Of a stretch of DNA of 64,000 nucleotides, positions 1-10,664 are shown in pieces. Below the pieces are notes generated by a model, which was not told where the DNA came from, searched no databases, and saw only the letters and a program-made list of their open reading frames with translations. Source of the DNA: an uncultured Acidimicrobiia bacterium. Its GTDB lineage: Bacteria > Acidobacteriota > Terriglobia > Versatilivoradales > Versatilivoraceae. The stretch is taken from the NCBI GenBank assembly GCA_963786955.1, contig CAWBAT010000008.1, positions 384,001 to 448,000 on the forward strand, given 5' to 3'. Position 1 is the first letter of the stretch. Each line of letters begins with the position of its first letter. The translations under genes were made by a program, and so were the position numbers.

Positions 1-355
1 TGCAGGGATTTTACGGGAGGGTTCAAGGGTCTTACCGATGGACGGCGCCAGAGGCAACGTTCACGATCTCTGCTCCGCTTGGCCATTGTCGGCAGAGGAA
101 TCCGTACGGATCCGTGCTGTCAAGTCCTGCCCCGACGGGGAATTCAAGCAGTATCTGAATGTGACTCTGAATGGAAGCTACACTGGGTGAAGCGGGAACT
201 AGTGGGGACGGGAGACCAGTTCTCCATCAATGATTTTCCGATTGCCCGAGTGCCCAGGCTCCCGGGGCAACGAGTCATTCGGATCCGTAGTTGTGCCTCC
301 ATGGAATCCAAACCAGGCGGGGGCCTCAGTGGATCGGCGCACGCTAGGTTGCGCA
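1..355 (+). ncRNA. Candidate large structured non-coding RNA, probably 5'-truncated by the window edge; family not recognised
   Basis: Nested pairings read by eye: 45-49/336-340, 51-56/294-299, 68-73/92-97, 105-114/280-289 (perfect 10 bp), 153-167/272-284, 194-200/218-224, 242-248/264-270, 306-310/330-334, 315-318/323-326, 130-133/137-140. No convincing protein in any frame. Strand is inferred only from G-U wobbles. Confidence 0.55.
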
Positions 356-385
356 ATTGATTGGATAAGAATTGAATGAGAGATC

Positions 386-578
386 GAAGTTATTGAGTCC
401 GGCGTTCGGAGTTCAGAGTTCAGAGTTCGGAGTTATTGAGTTCGGAGTAAGAGAAAAGGAATAAGTTGATTCCATGTGGCTAAGAAATTGAGCCCTGAAA
501 CTTGACTCTTATATTCATAACTCCGAACTCTGAACTCCGAACTCTAGACATCGGACTTTTGACTTTTGACCTTCGAAC
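386..578. repeat. Heptamer tandem repeats arranged as an inverted repeat (GAGTTCR units / YGAACTC units, then GACTTTT units)
   Basis: 416-436 GAGTTCAGAGTTCGGAGTTAT is the exact reverse complement of 517-537 ATAACTCCGAACTCTGAACTC. GACTTTT units follow at about 554-570. Confidence 0.85.
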
Positions 579-2294
579 TTAGTCGACAAAAACGAGCACA
601 CCTTGTCCATTCCCAGGTCACGTCCTGAAGGGGTAATAATGGTCTTTGAGTTGACGTAGATCTTCTGATTATTCTTGATCGCTGTCCGAACATCATCTTC
701 GCAGACAAATGGGTAGACATCAGGTTTTGGAATTTGCTTTGGAGGGGGAGCAGGGCAGGGGGGAGAGGAATTCGGTTCACGGGGAGGCTCAATCCAGGAA
801 CCTGAGGGCTGCGCGGGCAACGGCAATGTTTTTTTGGCTCAGAACTTTTTCGACAACGGCGGATATTTCCTGACGAGTGATTTCGATCTTGGGCTCACGG
901 CTTGTTTCCACCTTTGCCCGCGATGGGGCGGGGAAGCCGTGGGGCCTCCACCCACCGGTCTCGTAGGCAACTCGTCGGATATTAATGAGGTGGAGAGGAG
1001 AAAGATTGTCCGAAGTGATATTCCCTCCAAGTGATCCGCAACCTAAAGTCATCGATGGGAAGAGACCCGTTGTATATCCGACTGCTCCAAGGGCCGACTG
1101 CGTATTGACAATGATCCGAAAGACCGGTTTTTGGAGCCCAAACTGGCGAATGACGTCATTGTTTTTTGAATGAATCGCCAAGGTGTGACCTAACCCCCCA
1201 TAATTCACTAATTCGATACACCGCTCACAGGCCGCACGCCAGTCACTTTCCACATAGAAGGCCAAGATAGGAGAGAGCTTTTCAATAGAAAGCGGGAAAT
1301 CTCTTCCGACTCCTTTCAGCCTTGCGATGAGCACTTGGGTTCCTTCTGGAACTCGGAGCCCGGCCATACTGGCGATTACAGTAGCTGCGCGACCAACAAT
1401 CTTCGGATTAATCGTCCGGTTTGGAGTCACGACCAGTCGGCCGAGAGTTTCAATCTCCTCCTCATTCAGGAAATATCCGCCGTTGAGAGTGACTTCCTCG
1501 ATTACTTTATCTTGGATGGCTTCATCGGTCACGATAGCCTGTTCAGAAGAGCACAGCGTGCCGTAATCGAAGCACTTCCCCGTAAAGATATCTTTGACCG
1601 CTTTGCGAATGTCAGCGGAAGTCTCAATATAGGCGGGGACATTTCCCGGACCGACGCCATAGGCTGGTTTGCCAGCGCTGTAGGCTGCGCGCACCAAGCC
1701 ATGCCCGCCCGTAGCCAGGATCAGCGCGGTCCTTCGATGCTTCATGAGTTCTTGTGTTCCCTCATTGGTCGAGACGTTCATGCACTGGATGAGTCCTTCA
1801 GGCGCCCCCGCGGAACGGGCTGCCTCCGTGAGAATCCGGGCTGTTTCTTGAATGCACTGGCTTGCGGAAGGGTGGGGACTCAAGACGATTCCATTGCGGG
1901 ATTTTAGAGAGATCAATACCTTATTGATCGTGGTTGAAGTGGGATTCGTCGAAGGGATGATAGCTGCGATGACTCCTACAGGAGTGGCAATCTCAATGAT
2001 CCCTTTTTCAAGGTCTTCGCGCAGGATTCCGACGGTTCTGAGGTCCTTAATTGCGTTATAGACAACCATCGATCCGAATTTGTTCTTCAGGATCTTGTCT
2101 TCATATTTTCCGAATCCTGTTTCATCAACAGCCATGCGGGCGAGAGGCTCAGCCGCTGCCAACCCGGCTTCCGCGACGGTCTTGACGATGGCATCCACCT
2201 TTTCCTGCGAGGCGTCCGCATACTGCTTCCAAGATTCGTAGGCTCTCTCTACACAAGTCCTGGCTTGATGGATAGATTGAAGATCTTTATCCAT
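579..2294 (-). CDS. Acylating (CoA-dependent) aldehyde dehydrogenase, EutE/PduP-like, BMC-associated, with encapsulation peptide and C-terminal extension (frameshifts near 830 and 600)
   Basis: Motifs [29 protein letters not shown] (catalytic Cys), EKLSP and TLGCG. Amphipathic helix [16 protein letters not shown]. The ORF at 515-826 supplies a Pro-rich linker and FVCEDDVR...[11 protein letters not shown]. Confidence 0.9.
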
Positions 2295-2359
2295 AGATTC
2301 GATGAGGGGAAAGTCTTTATTAATGGCTTTACCGACCTAACTTTGTTGGATGACCTCAG

Positions 2360-2662
2360 CTACCCCAATCCTCCCTTAGGTTTCTTATTGGGCCCCGGGA
2401 TGACCTTTTCTGCCTCTTCGTGCGGGCTGGGGATGACATGAACACTGATCAATTCTCCAACCCGTCGTGCCGCTGCGGCTCCGGCGTCAGTGGCAGCCTT
2501 CACGGCGCCAACATCTCCGCGAACGCAAACAGTTACATAGCCGGCTCCAATATATTCTTTGCCCACCAAAATGACATTGGCTGCCTTTACCATGGCATCG
2601 GCAGCCTCAACCGCTCCCACGAATCCCTTCGTTTCAATCATTCCTAGCGCATCGCCTGGCAT
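2360..2662 (-). CDS. Bacterial microcompartment hexameric shell protein (BMC-H, EutM/PduA-like)
   Basis: ALGMIETKG...[11 protein letters not shown]...[13 protein letters not shown]...VHVIPSPH; GAGG ribosome-binding site upstream of ATG 2662. Confidence 0.97.
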   Translation of the reverse strand: MPGDALGMIETKGFVGAVEAADAMVKAANVILVGKEYIGAGYVTVCVRGDVGAVKAATDAGAAAARRVGELISVHVIPSPHEEAEKVIPGPNKKPKGGLG

Positions 2663-2760
2663 GCTGAGTTCCTCATTCTTCTTTAGAATAGACTTGGCAG
2701 GGAAAGTACCATTTAAGCTACTCGGCGTCAAGGATCTGTCACGCCGGTCAGTTCGACTTT

Positions 2761-2776
2761 TTCAAGCGTGATGCCC
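2761..2776 (-). promoter_or_regulatory. Possible sigma-54 (-24/-12) promoter for the BMC-H/AldDH unit
   Basis: Minus strand reads GGGCAT-CACGC-TTGAA versus consensus TGGCAC-N5-TTGCW. It lies about 100 bp upstream of the BMC-H start, and the -12 element is imperfect. Confidence 0.25.
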
Positions 2777-2959
2777 AGAACATGCCTTTGGTTTTTGAAG
2801 TAAGAAAAGGGACTCAGAGCTGTCGATAAGGTCAAGAAGTCCGGACTAGCCGTAAGTCCAGTGATTACAAAAGTATTACAATGCCATGACGGTGCTTTTT
2901 ATTATGATTGGAAGTTGCAAGATCGCACAAAAATTCTTAGAACGAGGGCTAAGGCACAA

Positions 2960-3811
2960 ATGAACTCCAGTCCCGTCGCTGTGACTGAATCAATGAATAC
3001 CCAATCGGAAAATCACATTGAATTTGTCAAAAGTATCCCCTTCTTTGCCGTCCACTTGGCGTGCCTTGGTGCTTTTTGGACCGGGGTTTCCTGGAAGGCT
3101 CTGGCTTTGTGTATTGCTTTATTCTACATCCGGATGTTCGGCATAACGGCCGGATACCATCGATACTTTTCGCATCGATCCTATCGGACCGGGCGATTTT
3201 TTCAGTTTGTTCTGGCTTGGATTGGTTGTTCGTCCGTGCAAAAAGGGCCGCTGTGGTGGGCTGCCTACCATCGTCATCATCATCAGCATTCCGATCAGGA
3301 AGACGACGTCCATTCTCCGGAACGGAAGGGTTTCTGGTGGTCTCACGTCGGCTGGATTCTGTGTAGGAAATATGAATCAACAGATTATGATGCAATCAAG
3401 GATTTTGCGAAATACCCGGAATTGCGTTTCCTCAACAACTATCACGTGTTACCGGGAGTCGATCCTCGCGATGGGTTGTTATTTATGGATGGGGTGGCAA
3501 GGACTGGTATGGGGGTTCTTTGTAAGCACCGTCCTGCTATACCATGCGACGTTCATGATTAATTCGCTTTGTCACATGTTTGGAAGAATCCGCTACAAGA
3601 TTCCGACACTAGCCGCAATAGTCTTATTCTCGCCTTACTGACCATGGGAGAAGGATGGCACAATAATCATCACTATTATGCAACCTCTGCGAACATGGGA
3701 TTTTTCTGGTGGGAAATTGATCTTTCTTATTACGTCTTACGCTTTTTTTCACTCCTCGGAGTAGTCTGGGATCTCAAGAAGCCCCCAGAAAGAGTATTGC
3801 GCGCCGCCTAA
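2960..3811 (+). CDS. Acyl-CoA (delta-9 type) fatty acid desaturase (frameshifted)
   Basis: His boxes HRYFSH, HRHHH and EGWHNNHH spread over ORFs 2861-3562, 3207-3641 and 3569-3811. Confidence 0.92.
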
Positions 3812-3878
3812 CTCCAATTTATCATGAGGGGTGCCGGTCAGTTTTCGCTGGCCGGAATAAGCAACAACCCCTGGCTTT

Positions 3879-4603
3879 ATGCAAACGAAGCTACTGACTT
3901 TTTTCAGGTGGCTGTTCTTCGGTAGCTTACTCTTCGTGTCAGGTTTTGTCAGTTGCCTGACCGCAATGAAACTTGCCATCCGCGGCAATGAAGTTGTGGT
4001 CCCTGCTCTTACTGGAAAAACCTTCGAAGAGGGGACCCGTCAACTGGCCGCTTCGTCACTTCGCCTTAAAGTAGAGAGTCGCCGATTCGATGACAAGATC
4101 CCAAAGGGTCGAATCGTCTCTCAAGTGCCTCTTCCCAATTCGCAATTGAAGCGAGAACAAAGTGTTCGCGTCATTCTGAGCTTAGGTGAAAAAAGACTTC
4201 CAGTGCCCGATCTCGCGGGAGAGACGATCCGTGTTGGGCAGATCCTCCTTCTCAAGCGAGGGTTCACTCTGGCGATGCTTTCAACGACCAATTCTCCCTT
4301 CCACGAGAAGGACATGATTATTGCCCAAAACCCCCCGCCCGAAGCCCAGTTTGCGAAATCTCTACTGATGAGCATTCTCGTTTCTGGCGGATCAAAACCG
4401 AAGGATTTTCTGATGCCCGAGCTGCTGGGAATGGATTATGAGATCCGTTTCGAAGAAAATTGCGGAAGCAGGACTACAAAATAGGGGATGTGACGTATCA
4501 AAATCTGCCGGGAATTTCAAAAGGCACAATCCTGCGGCAATCCCCGCCAGTCGGGAGCAAGCTCTTGGAGGGAGTGACCATTAGCATGGAAATCAACCGC
4601 TGA
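3879..4603 (+). CDS. PASTA-domain membrane protein (three PASTA repeats; frameshift near 4440)
   Basis: N-terminal TM helix, then VVVPALTG...IVSQVP, VPDLAG...IIAQNP and MPELLG...ILRQSP repeats. Confidence 0.88.
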
Positions 4604-4832
4604 CTGATTGCAGGTTAAAAGAATCTTTTTTTTTGCCCATTCTCAGTTAGAATAGAGTGAGTTCGAAAGAAAGGTTCATGCAGGGTCGGGTGAACAGTGA
4701 TATCTTGCAGAATTGGTAGGCAGGTTTCTCCCAGAGTCGGAATATTCGCCGACAGCCTCGATGACAATTCAATCGATTGTTTAGGGTGACGTGGCCTATA
4801 ACATAAGAAGAAGGATTTTGGAGGGTTTATTG

Positions 4833-5982
4833 ATGAAACGGGCGGTCGTCATTCTAATCGCTAATGCTATTGTTCTTGAGTACAACCGCATGGGGGCCCT
4901 TCGGAAAGAAGAAGCCCGAAGTGCCAACCGCTACAGGTGAAGCAGAGCCGGATAAAATTCTTTACGAGCAAGGGATCAAAGATATTGCAAAAGGACGCTA
5001 CGAAGTGGCGCGGCTGACGCTTCAGACCTTGTTGAATACTTACCCAGACAGTGACTATAAGGAAAAAGCCAAGCTGGCCATCGCGGATTCCTATTACAAG
5101 CAGGGTGGAACATCCGGCCTCGTCCAGGCCGAATCCGAGTACAAGGACTTTCGTACTTTTTTCCCGACCAGTGACGACGCAGACGATGCTCAGATGAAAA
5201 TTGCCTTAACCCATTATATCAGATGGAGAAGCCCGATCGTGATAACACCCAGGCAAGGGCTGCCGAAAGAGAATTAAAGACATTCCTTCAGGATTACCCC
5301 GATAGCCCTCTAAAGGATGAAGCTGCCCAGAAACTTAGGGATGTCCAGGAAGTCCTGGCAGCCGCCAACTTGCGCGTTGCTAATCAATACATGCTATCGC
5401 GGCGCTACGCCGCTGCTATTCGCCGGGTTAAATGGACAATTCAAGATTACCCGGATTATAGCCACATGGATGATGCCCTTTGGGTACTGGGTCAGTCTCT
5501 GGAAAGAATGAAGCAGATCCCCGCTGCAGGCTACTACTATGGGAAGATTGCCAGTGAATACCCATCAAGCCCCTTGGCCGAGAGTGCCAAGAAGAGACTT
5601 GAGGAATTGAACCTCCCCATTCCTGAACCCAGTCCCGGAAGCCATCGCTCGCTCAAAATCAGACCAGGAAAACGAGAAAAGACAATCCTTCTTAGGGAAG
5701 GTCGCTGGATTGATGAGCAAGAAACCGGATGTTTCCAGTGCTCGAAAGGCTAGCCGTCCGGCCATTGAATTAGGTCCTGAAAACAGGATCAACCTGGATG
5801 CTGCTAACTCTCCGGCTTCTTCTGCACCAGCTCCAGCCCCAACGGCTGCCGCCGACGTGAGCGGAGGGGTGTCGGTGGAGATCGTAAAGCGTCCGGCTGC
5901 TACCCAGAGCGACGGGACAGCAAAAACTACTCCATCTAATCCAACTTCCTCGGAGCAGGGGGCAACAGAAGAGAAAAAATAA
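4833..5982 (+). CDS. bamD: Outer membrane protein assembly factor BamD (frameshifted)
   Basis: TPR pattern LYEQG...LQTLLNTYPDS...AKLAIADSYY, DRDNTQA, YPDSPL, followed by a low-complexity tail. Confidence 0.88.
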
Positions 5983-6291
5983 GCGCATGCCCTATTCAGT
6001 CTGTTATGACATTGTTTGGGGTTGCCCCGGTTGACAGGTCTTCCTTGCCCAACCGCCTTTCTCTGCATGGAAGATGGTGAAGGAGCTGTTGGTCTGCTTG
6101 AGACCGGCTCGGATGGTGATGGCGGGGAAAGAGATTAGCTTTCGGGACCCGGTGCTTTTCTTCAGAATAATGAATTCCCTAGACAAACTGAGATTCCCCA
6201 ATTGTCTCACTGATTTAGCTAAAGTTTATGCCCCACAAAACGATTCTTGTTAAGAGAACTGGTCTCGGATTGATCCAGTCAGGAGAATGGC

Positions 6292-7617
6292 ATGCCCAGA
6301 ATGATACTTTTGGCGGATGACAGCATCACCATTCAGAAGATCGTGAACCTGACTTTTACAGGTGAAGGAATTGATGTCGTCACCGTTGGAAATGGGGATG
6401 CCGCCCTCAAAAAAATACGTGAACATCGCCCCAGTCTGGTTTTGGCCGATATATTCATGCCGGGCAAAAACGGCTATGAGGTCTGTGAGACAATAAAAAG
6501 CGATCCAGAACTGCAGTCCATTCCGGTGATTCTCCTGGTTGGGGCGTTTGAGCCTTTTGATGGCCATGAATCCACTCGTGTCAGAGCCGACAGTCATTTG
6601 ACCAAGCCTTTCGAAATTAAAGCCTTGATATCGGCTGTCCGCAAATTTGATCGAAACCGCCGAACAGCAAGCTGCCGCGAAGTGCTGAGCCCGAAGCTGA
6701 TTCCCGTGACGAGTTCGTCGAGGAGGAAGAAGTAGCCGAGCCGGTCTCTGCTCCCGCTCTGAGTGTTAAGACAATTGAAGAACCGATAGTTGATGCCCCT
6801 CCCCCGGTCTTCTCTGCAGGAGGAAGAAGTTCATGTTGAAGACATCCCGGTGCCTGGTGCATTTGACTCTGAAGCTTCGGAGGCGGTGTCGGCGGCTTAC
6901 GTTGAGACTTCGGAAGCGGTGCCAGTTGGCGTTGAGTTTTCAGAGAGGGTCCCAGAAGAAATCCCAGAAATCTCAAACCAGCAGAATCGAGCGATATGCC
7001 GGAACAACTTATGGCGCGGACTGAAACGACTTTTACTGAATCAAGGGAGAAGCCGATCCCTGTGATCGAAGAGACCGATCCGCTGGGCCTGGAATCTGCA
7101 GAGGACGGATTGGGGTTGGCGGGACTCCCCGAGTGGAAGCATCACGGACACCAAGTCGATGGTCGTCGAAATCTGGGAAGCGCGGATATTCCCGCGTTAG
7201 CGTGCCGGTTACTTTAAACGAGCTGAGGTCTGCGGCCCGAGCCTTCCGACGAAGTCGAGCCTGAAAAATCGAAAATGCCTCTCTATTTGAACCTTGTGGA
7301 GGAAACAGTCTTCCCAACTTCTGGCACTGGCGGATCAGGAGGTTTTCCAGACGGTTGCTGAGTCTCCCTGCCGAGCCGGAAGAGAGTGTCCAGGAAGTTC
7401 AGTATTGCAACCCGCGCCAGCTTCGGTCGCTCCTCTCAAAGTGTCATGGGGAGAGATCGAGACTGCGGAATTGGTAGAGTGGATTGCCAACAAGGTCGTG
7501 GAAAAGCTGAGTCGGGAGGTCATCGAGAAAATAGCCTGGGAAGTGATCCCTGATATGGCCGTCCTGATGATTAAGGATCAGGTGGAATCTCATTTTAAGA
7601 CAATCAACGACCGATAG
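6292..7617 (+). CDS. RomR-like response regulator: receiver, long acidic/Pro linker and conserved C-terminal helix (frameshifted)
   Basis: Receiver ILLADDSITIQKIV...LADIFMPGKNGY...LTKPF; C-terminus KLSREVIEKIAWEVIPDMA. Confidence 0.75.
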
Positions 7618-7719
7618 TGGATGATTCACTCCTGTTTACGGGTCCTCATACCCCCATTGATTCTTACCATCTCATTCTCGACGATAAGCCGTCTCCGGCT
7701 CCTGTTGCCTGATTTTCTC

Positions 7720-7747
7720 TTCACTTTTAAGTTCGTCAGGCTACAAT
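7720..7747 (+). promoter_or_regulatory. Putative sigma-70 promoter upstream of valS
   Basis: TTCACT-N16-TACAAT. Confidence 0.4.
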
Positions 7748-7901
7748 AGCGATGCTCATGCTGCACGAGCAGATTCGCCTTCCCAATGAGACAGCGATGT
7801 TATTCCGGGCGGCCTGCCACGCGCCGAAGGGGGGCGCGTCTAGTCAATGAAGTCATCTCAATCATGATCCAGATTCATAGAGTTCCAAAGAAAATCGCGT
7901 A

Positions 7902-10619
7902 ATGAACAAACTCCTGAAAATCTCAAAGACATTCCTAAAAGTTACGACCCCAAAATTGTAGAAGAGAAGTGGTATCCCTTTTGGGAAAAAAAATCCTTGT
8001 TTGTTGCGGATGTTCGATCGGACAAACCGACGTTTGCCATTGTCATTCCCCCACCCAACGTTACGGGTTCTCTCCATATGGGGCATATGCTCGTCTACAC
8101 GTTACACGACATCATCGTGCGCTGGAAACGAATGCTGGGATTTAACACGCTGTGGTTGCCGGGTACAGATCACGCCGGCATTGCGACACAGAATGTGGTC
8201 GAGCGCCAGTTGGAGCGGAGGGGAAGACCCGTCACGATCTGGGCCGTGAAGTCTTTGAACAGCGTGTTTGGAAGTGGAAGGAAGAGAGTGGTAATACGAT
8301 TCTTCGTCAGTTGAGACTGTTAGGTGGGTCTTGCGATTGGACCCGCGAACGATTTACTTTGGACGAAGGGCTTGTCTCGGGCGGTACGCGAAGTATTCGT
8401 GCGCCTTTATGAAGAGGGATTGATTTATCGGGGGAAGTGGCTCATCAATTGGTGTGTTCGTTGCCGAACCGCCCTTTCGGATCTCGAAGTGAAAGCAGAG
8501 TTGGTTCCAGGGGAAACTGTTTTATATTCGTTATCCATATAAAAGACAGCTCGGAAACGATCACGGTTGCGACGACCCGTCCCGAAACCATGCTGGGCGA
8601 TACGGCGGTGGCGGTAAATCCAAAGGATGAACGCTATCGCCATTTAATCGGGAAAACCATCCTTCTCCCAATCCTGAATCGCGAAATCCCTTTAATCGCT
8701 GATGAATTCGTGGATCCGGAATTTGGAACCGGTTTGGTGAAGGTAACACCCGCTCATGACCTGAATGATTTCGAGATGGGATCTCCGGCATCAATTGGAA
8801 ATGATCTCGGTCATCGATGAGGATGGGCGGATGACGGAGGCGGCCGGGTAAGTACAAGGGATTGGACCGATTCGCCTGTCGTCGAGAAATTGTGAAGGAG
8901 CTTGAGAACCCTGGGATTGCTGGAGAAAGTAGTGGATTATTCCCACAATGTCGGGCATTGCCAGCGTTGCAGGACAGTCATTGAACCGGCACTCTCAACA
9001 CAGTGGTTCGTAAAAACCAAACCTCTGGCAGAACCCGCCATTCGGGCCGTCGAAGAGGGAGCGATTCGCTTCGTTCCCGAAAACTGGTCGAAGACGTATT
9101 TTGAATGGATGCGCAATATTAAGGACTGGTGCATCTCACGGCAATTGTGGTGGGGACATCGCATTCCCGCCTGGTATTGTCAGGATTGTGGGGAGTTGAT
9201 CGTTGCTCGCGAGACTCCTGAACGTTGCCAGAAATGCGGGCATGCGTCACTGGTTCAGGATACGGATGTCCTCGATACATGGTTTAGCTCTGGCCTGTGG
9301 CCATTCTCCACTTTAGGCTGGCCAGACCAGACGGAAGATCTGAAAAAATTTTACCCGACAACGCTTCTTATAACCGGTTTTGACATCATCTTCTTCTGGG
9401 TTGCCCGCATGATTATGCTGGGACTGAAATTCGGAGGTGAGGTGCCGTTTCGTACGGTCTATATCAACAGTCTGGTGCGTGACGCCGAAGGCCAGAAGAT
9501 GAGCAAATCCAAGGGGAATGTGATCGATCCGCTCGATGTCATGGATCAGTACGGGACAGATGCCGTGCGCTTCACGTTGGCCATCATGGCGGCACCCGGC
9601 ACCGATATTAGCCTTTCCCATGAAAAGATGATGAGCTACCGGGCTTTTGCGAATAAGATCTGGAACGCGACTCGTTTTGTGCTCCTGAATCTGGAAAGCA
9701 TTCAGAACCGAATCGAAAAGTCGCGTGAGGTCCCTCTAAACCTGCGGCAGTCATCCAACTCAAGACGAGCCTCTCTCTCGTCGATCGCTGGATTTTGACC
9801 CGCTTGAATCATACCGTTCAAGAGATCAATCAAGCGTTTGAGGAATACCGTTTCCATGAGGCCTCCCACTGCATCTACCATTTTTTCTGGCATGAGCTAT
9901 GTGACTGGTATATCGAATTAATCAAGCCCAAGAATATTTCCAATGAGGTCAGTGACGGAGATGCGTCGTCTCTAGAAGTGCTGATCTATGTCTTCGACCA
10001 AGCCCTCCGTTTGTTGCATCCGTTCATGCCCTTTATTACCGAAGAATTGTGGCAACGATTGCCGCATCAAGGATTGTCCTTGGCCATCGAGAAGTTTCCC
10101 GTCGAACACCCTGGGCTTAACGATGCACTGGCGGAACAACAGATCAATGCCATGATCGACGTCATCGTGAAAATCCGAAACCTCAGGGCGGAAATGAATG
10201 TGGAGCCGGGCAAGCGAATTCAAGTCAACTTGGCCAGTTCGGAACCTGCGGTCATAGCGGTCCTACAAGCACAATCCCATATATTCAAAACCTCGCCCGC
10301 TGTGAGAAGGTGAATATTCTTGCTTCATTGGGAGAGGGAAATCATTCATCTCGTTCGGTGGCTTCAGGAGTTGAAATCGAGCTTCCCTTGGCGGGAATGA
10401 TTGACCTGGAAGCTGAGAAAGCCAGGGTTCAAAAAGAAATCGCGAAAATGGATAAAGAGATGGCCCCCTTGATCTCAAAGCTAGAAGAATGAGAATTTTC
10501 TTAAAAACGCTCCTCAGGAAGTGGTCACTCTCAATCGCAACCGAATTGCCGAATTCCAGGAAAAGTTGGAAAAGCTGAATGAAAACCTGAGAAGACTTGG
10601 GGAAAGCCCCTCAGAATAA
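7902..10619 (+). CDS. valS: Valyl-tRNA synthetase (multiple frameshifts; start approximate)
   Basis: [40 protein letters not shown] and the C-terminal coiled coil. Confidence 0.97.
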
Positions 10620-10664
10620 GTTGCGATAACCTCTCGCCACGATCAAGGAACGGACCTGTTGCCT

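Noticed and set aside
19-55. 6S RNA 3' end (GGGTTCAAGGG...ACGGC resembles the 6S 3' strand)
   Set aside because: Only a short motif matches. The sequence continues into about 300 nt of branched structure that pairs back to 45-58, unlike the 6S rod. A cmscan with upstream sequence is needed to exclude it.
1-360. Open reading frame 1 (ORF 79-360 and its upstream extension) as a protein C-terminus
   Set aside because: The translation is Arg/Ser/Gly-rich with no recognisable motif, and the dense nested base pairing explains the region better. Not fully excluded without upstream sequence.
386-578. CRISPR array
   Set aside because: The units are 7 bp in tandem with no unique spacers, and there are no cas genes.
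5990-6260. Small gene between bamD and the response regulator
   Set aside because: Short ORFs on both strands lack a ribosome-binding site and any recognisable motif.
7620-7900. T-box riboswitch upstream of valS
   Set aside because: No T-box consensus (GGTGGNACCGCG) and no terminator/antiterminator pair is visible.
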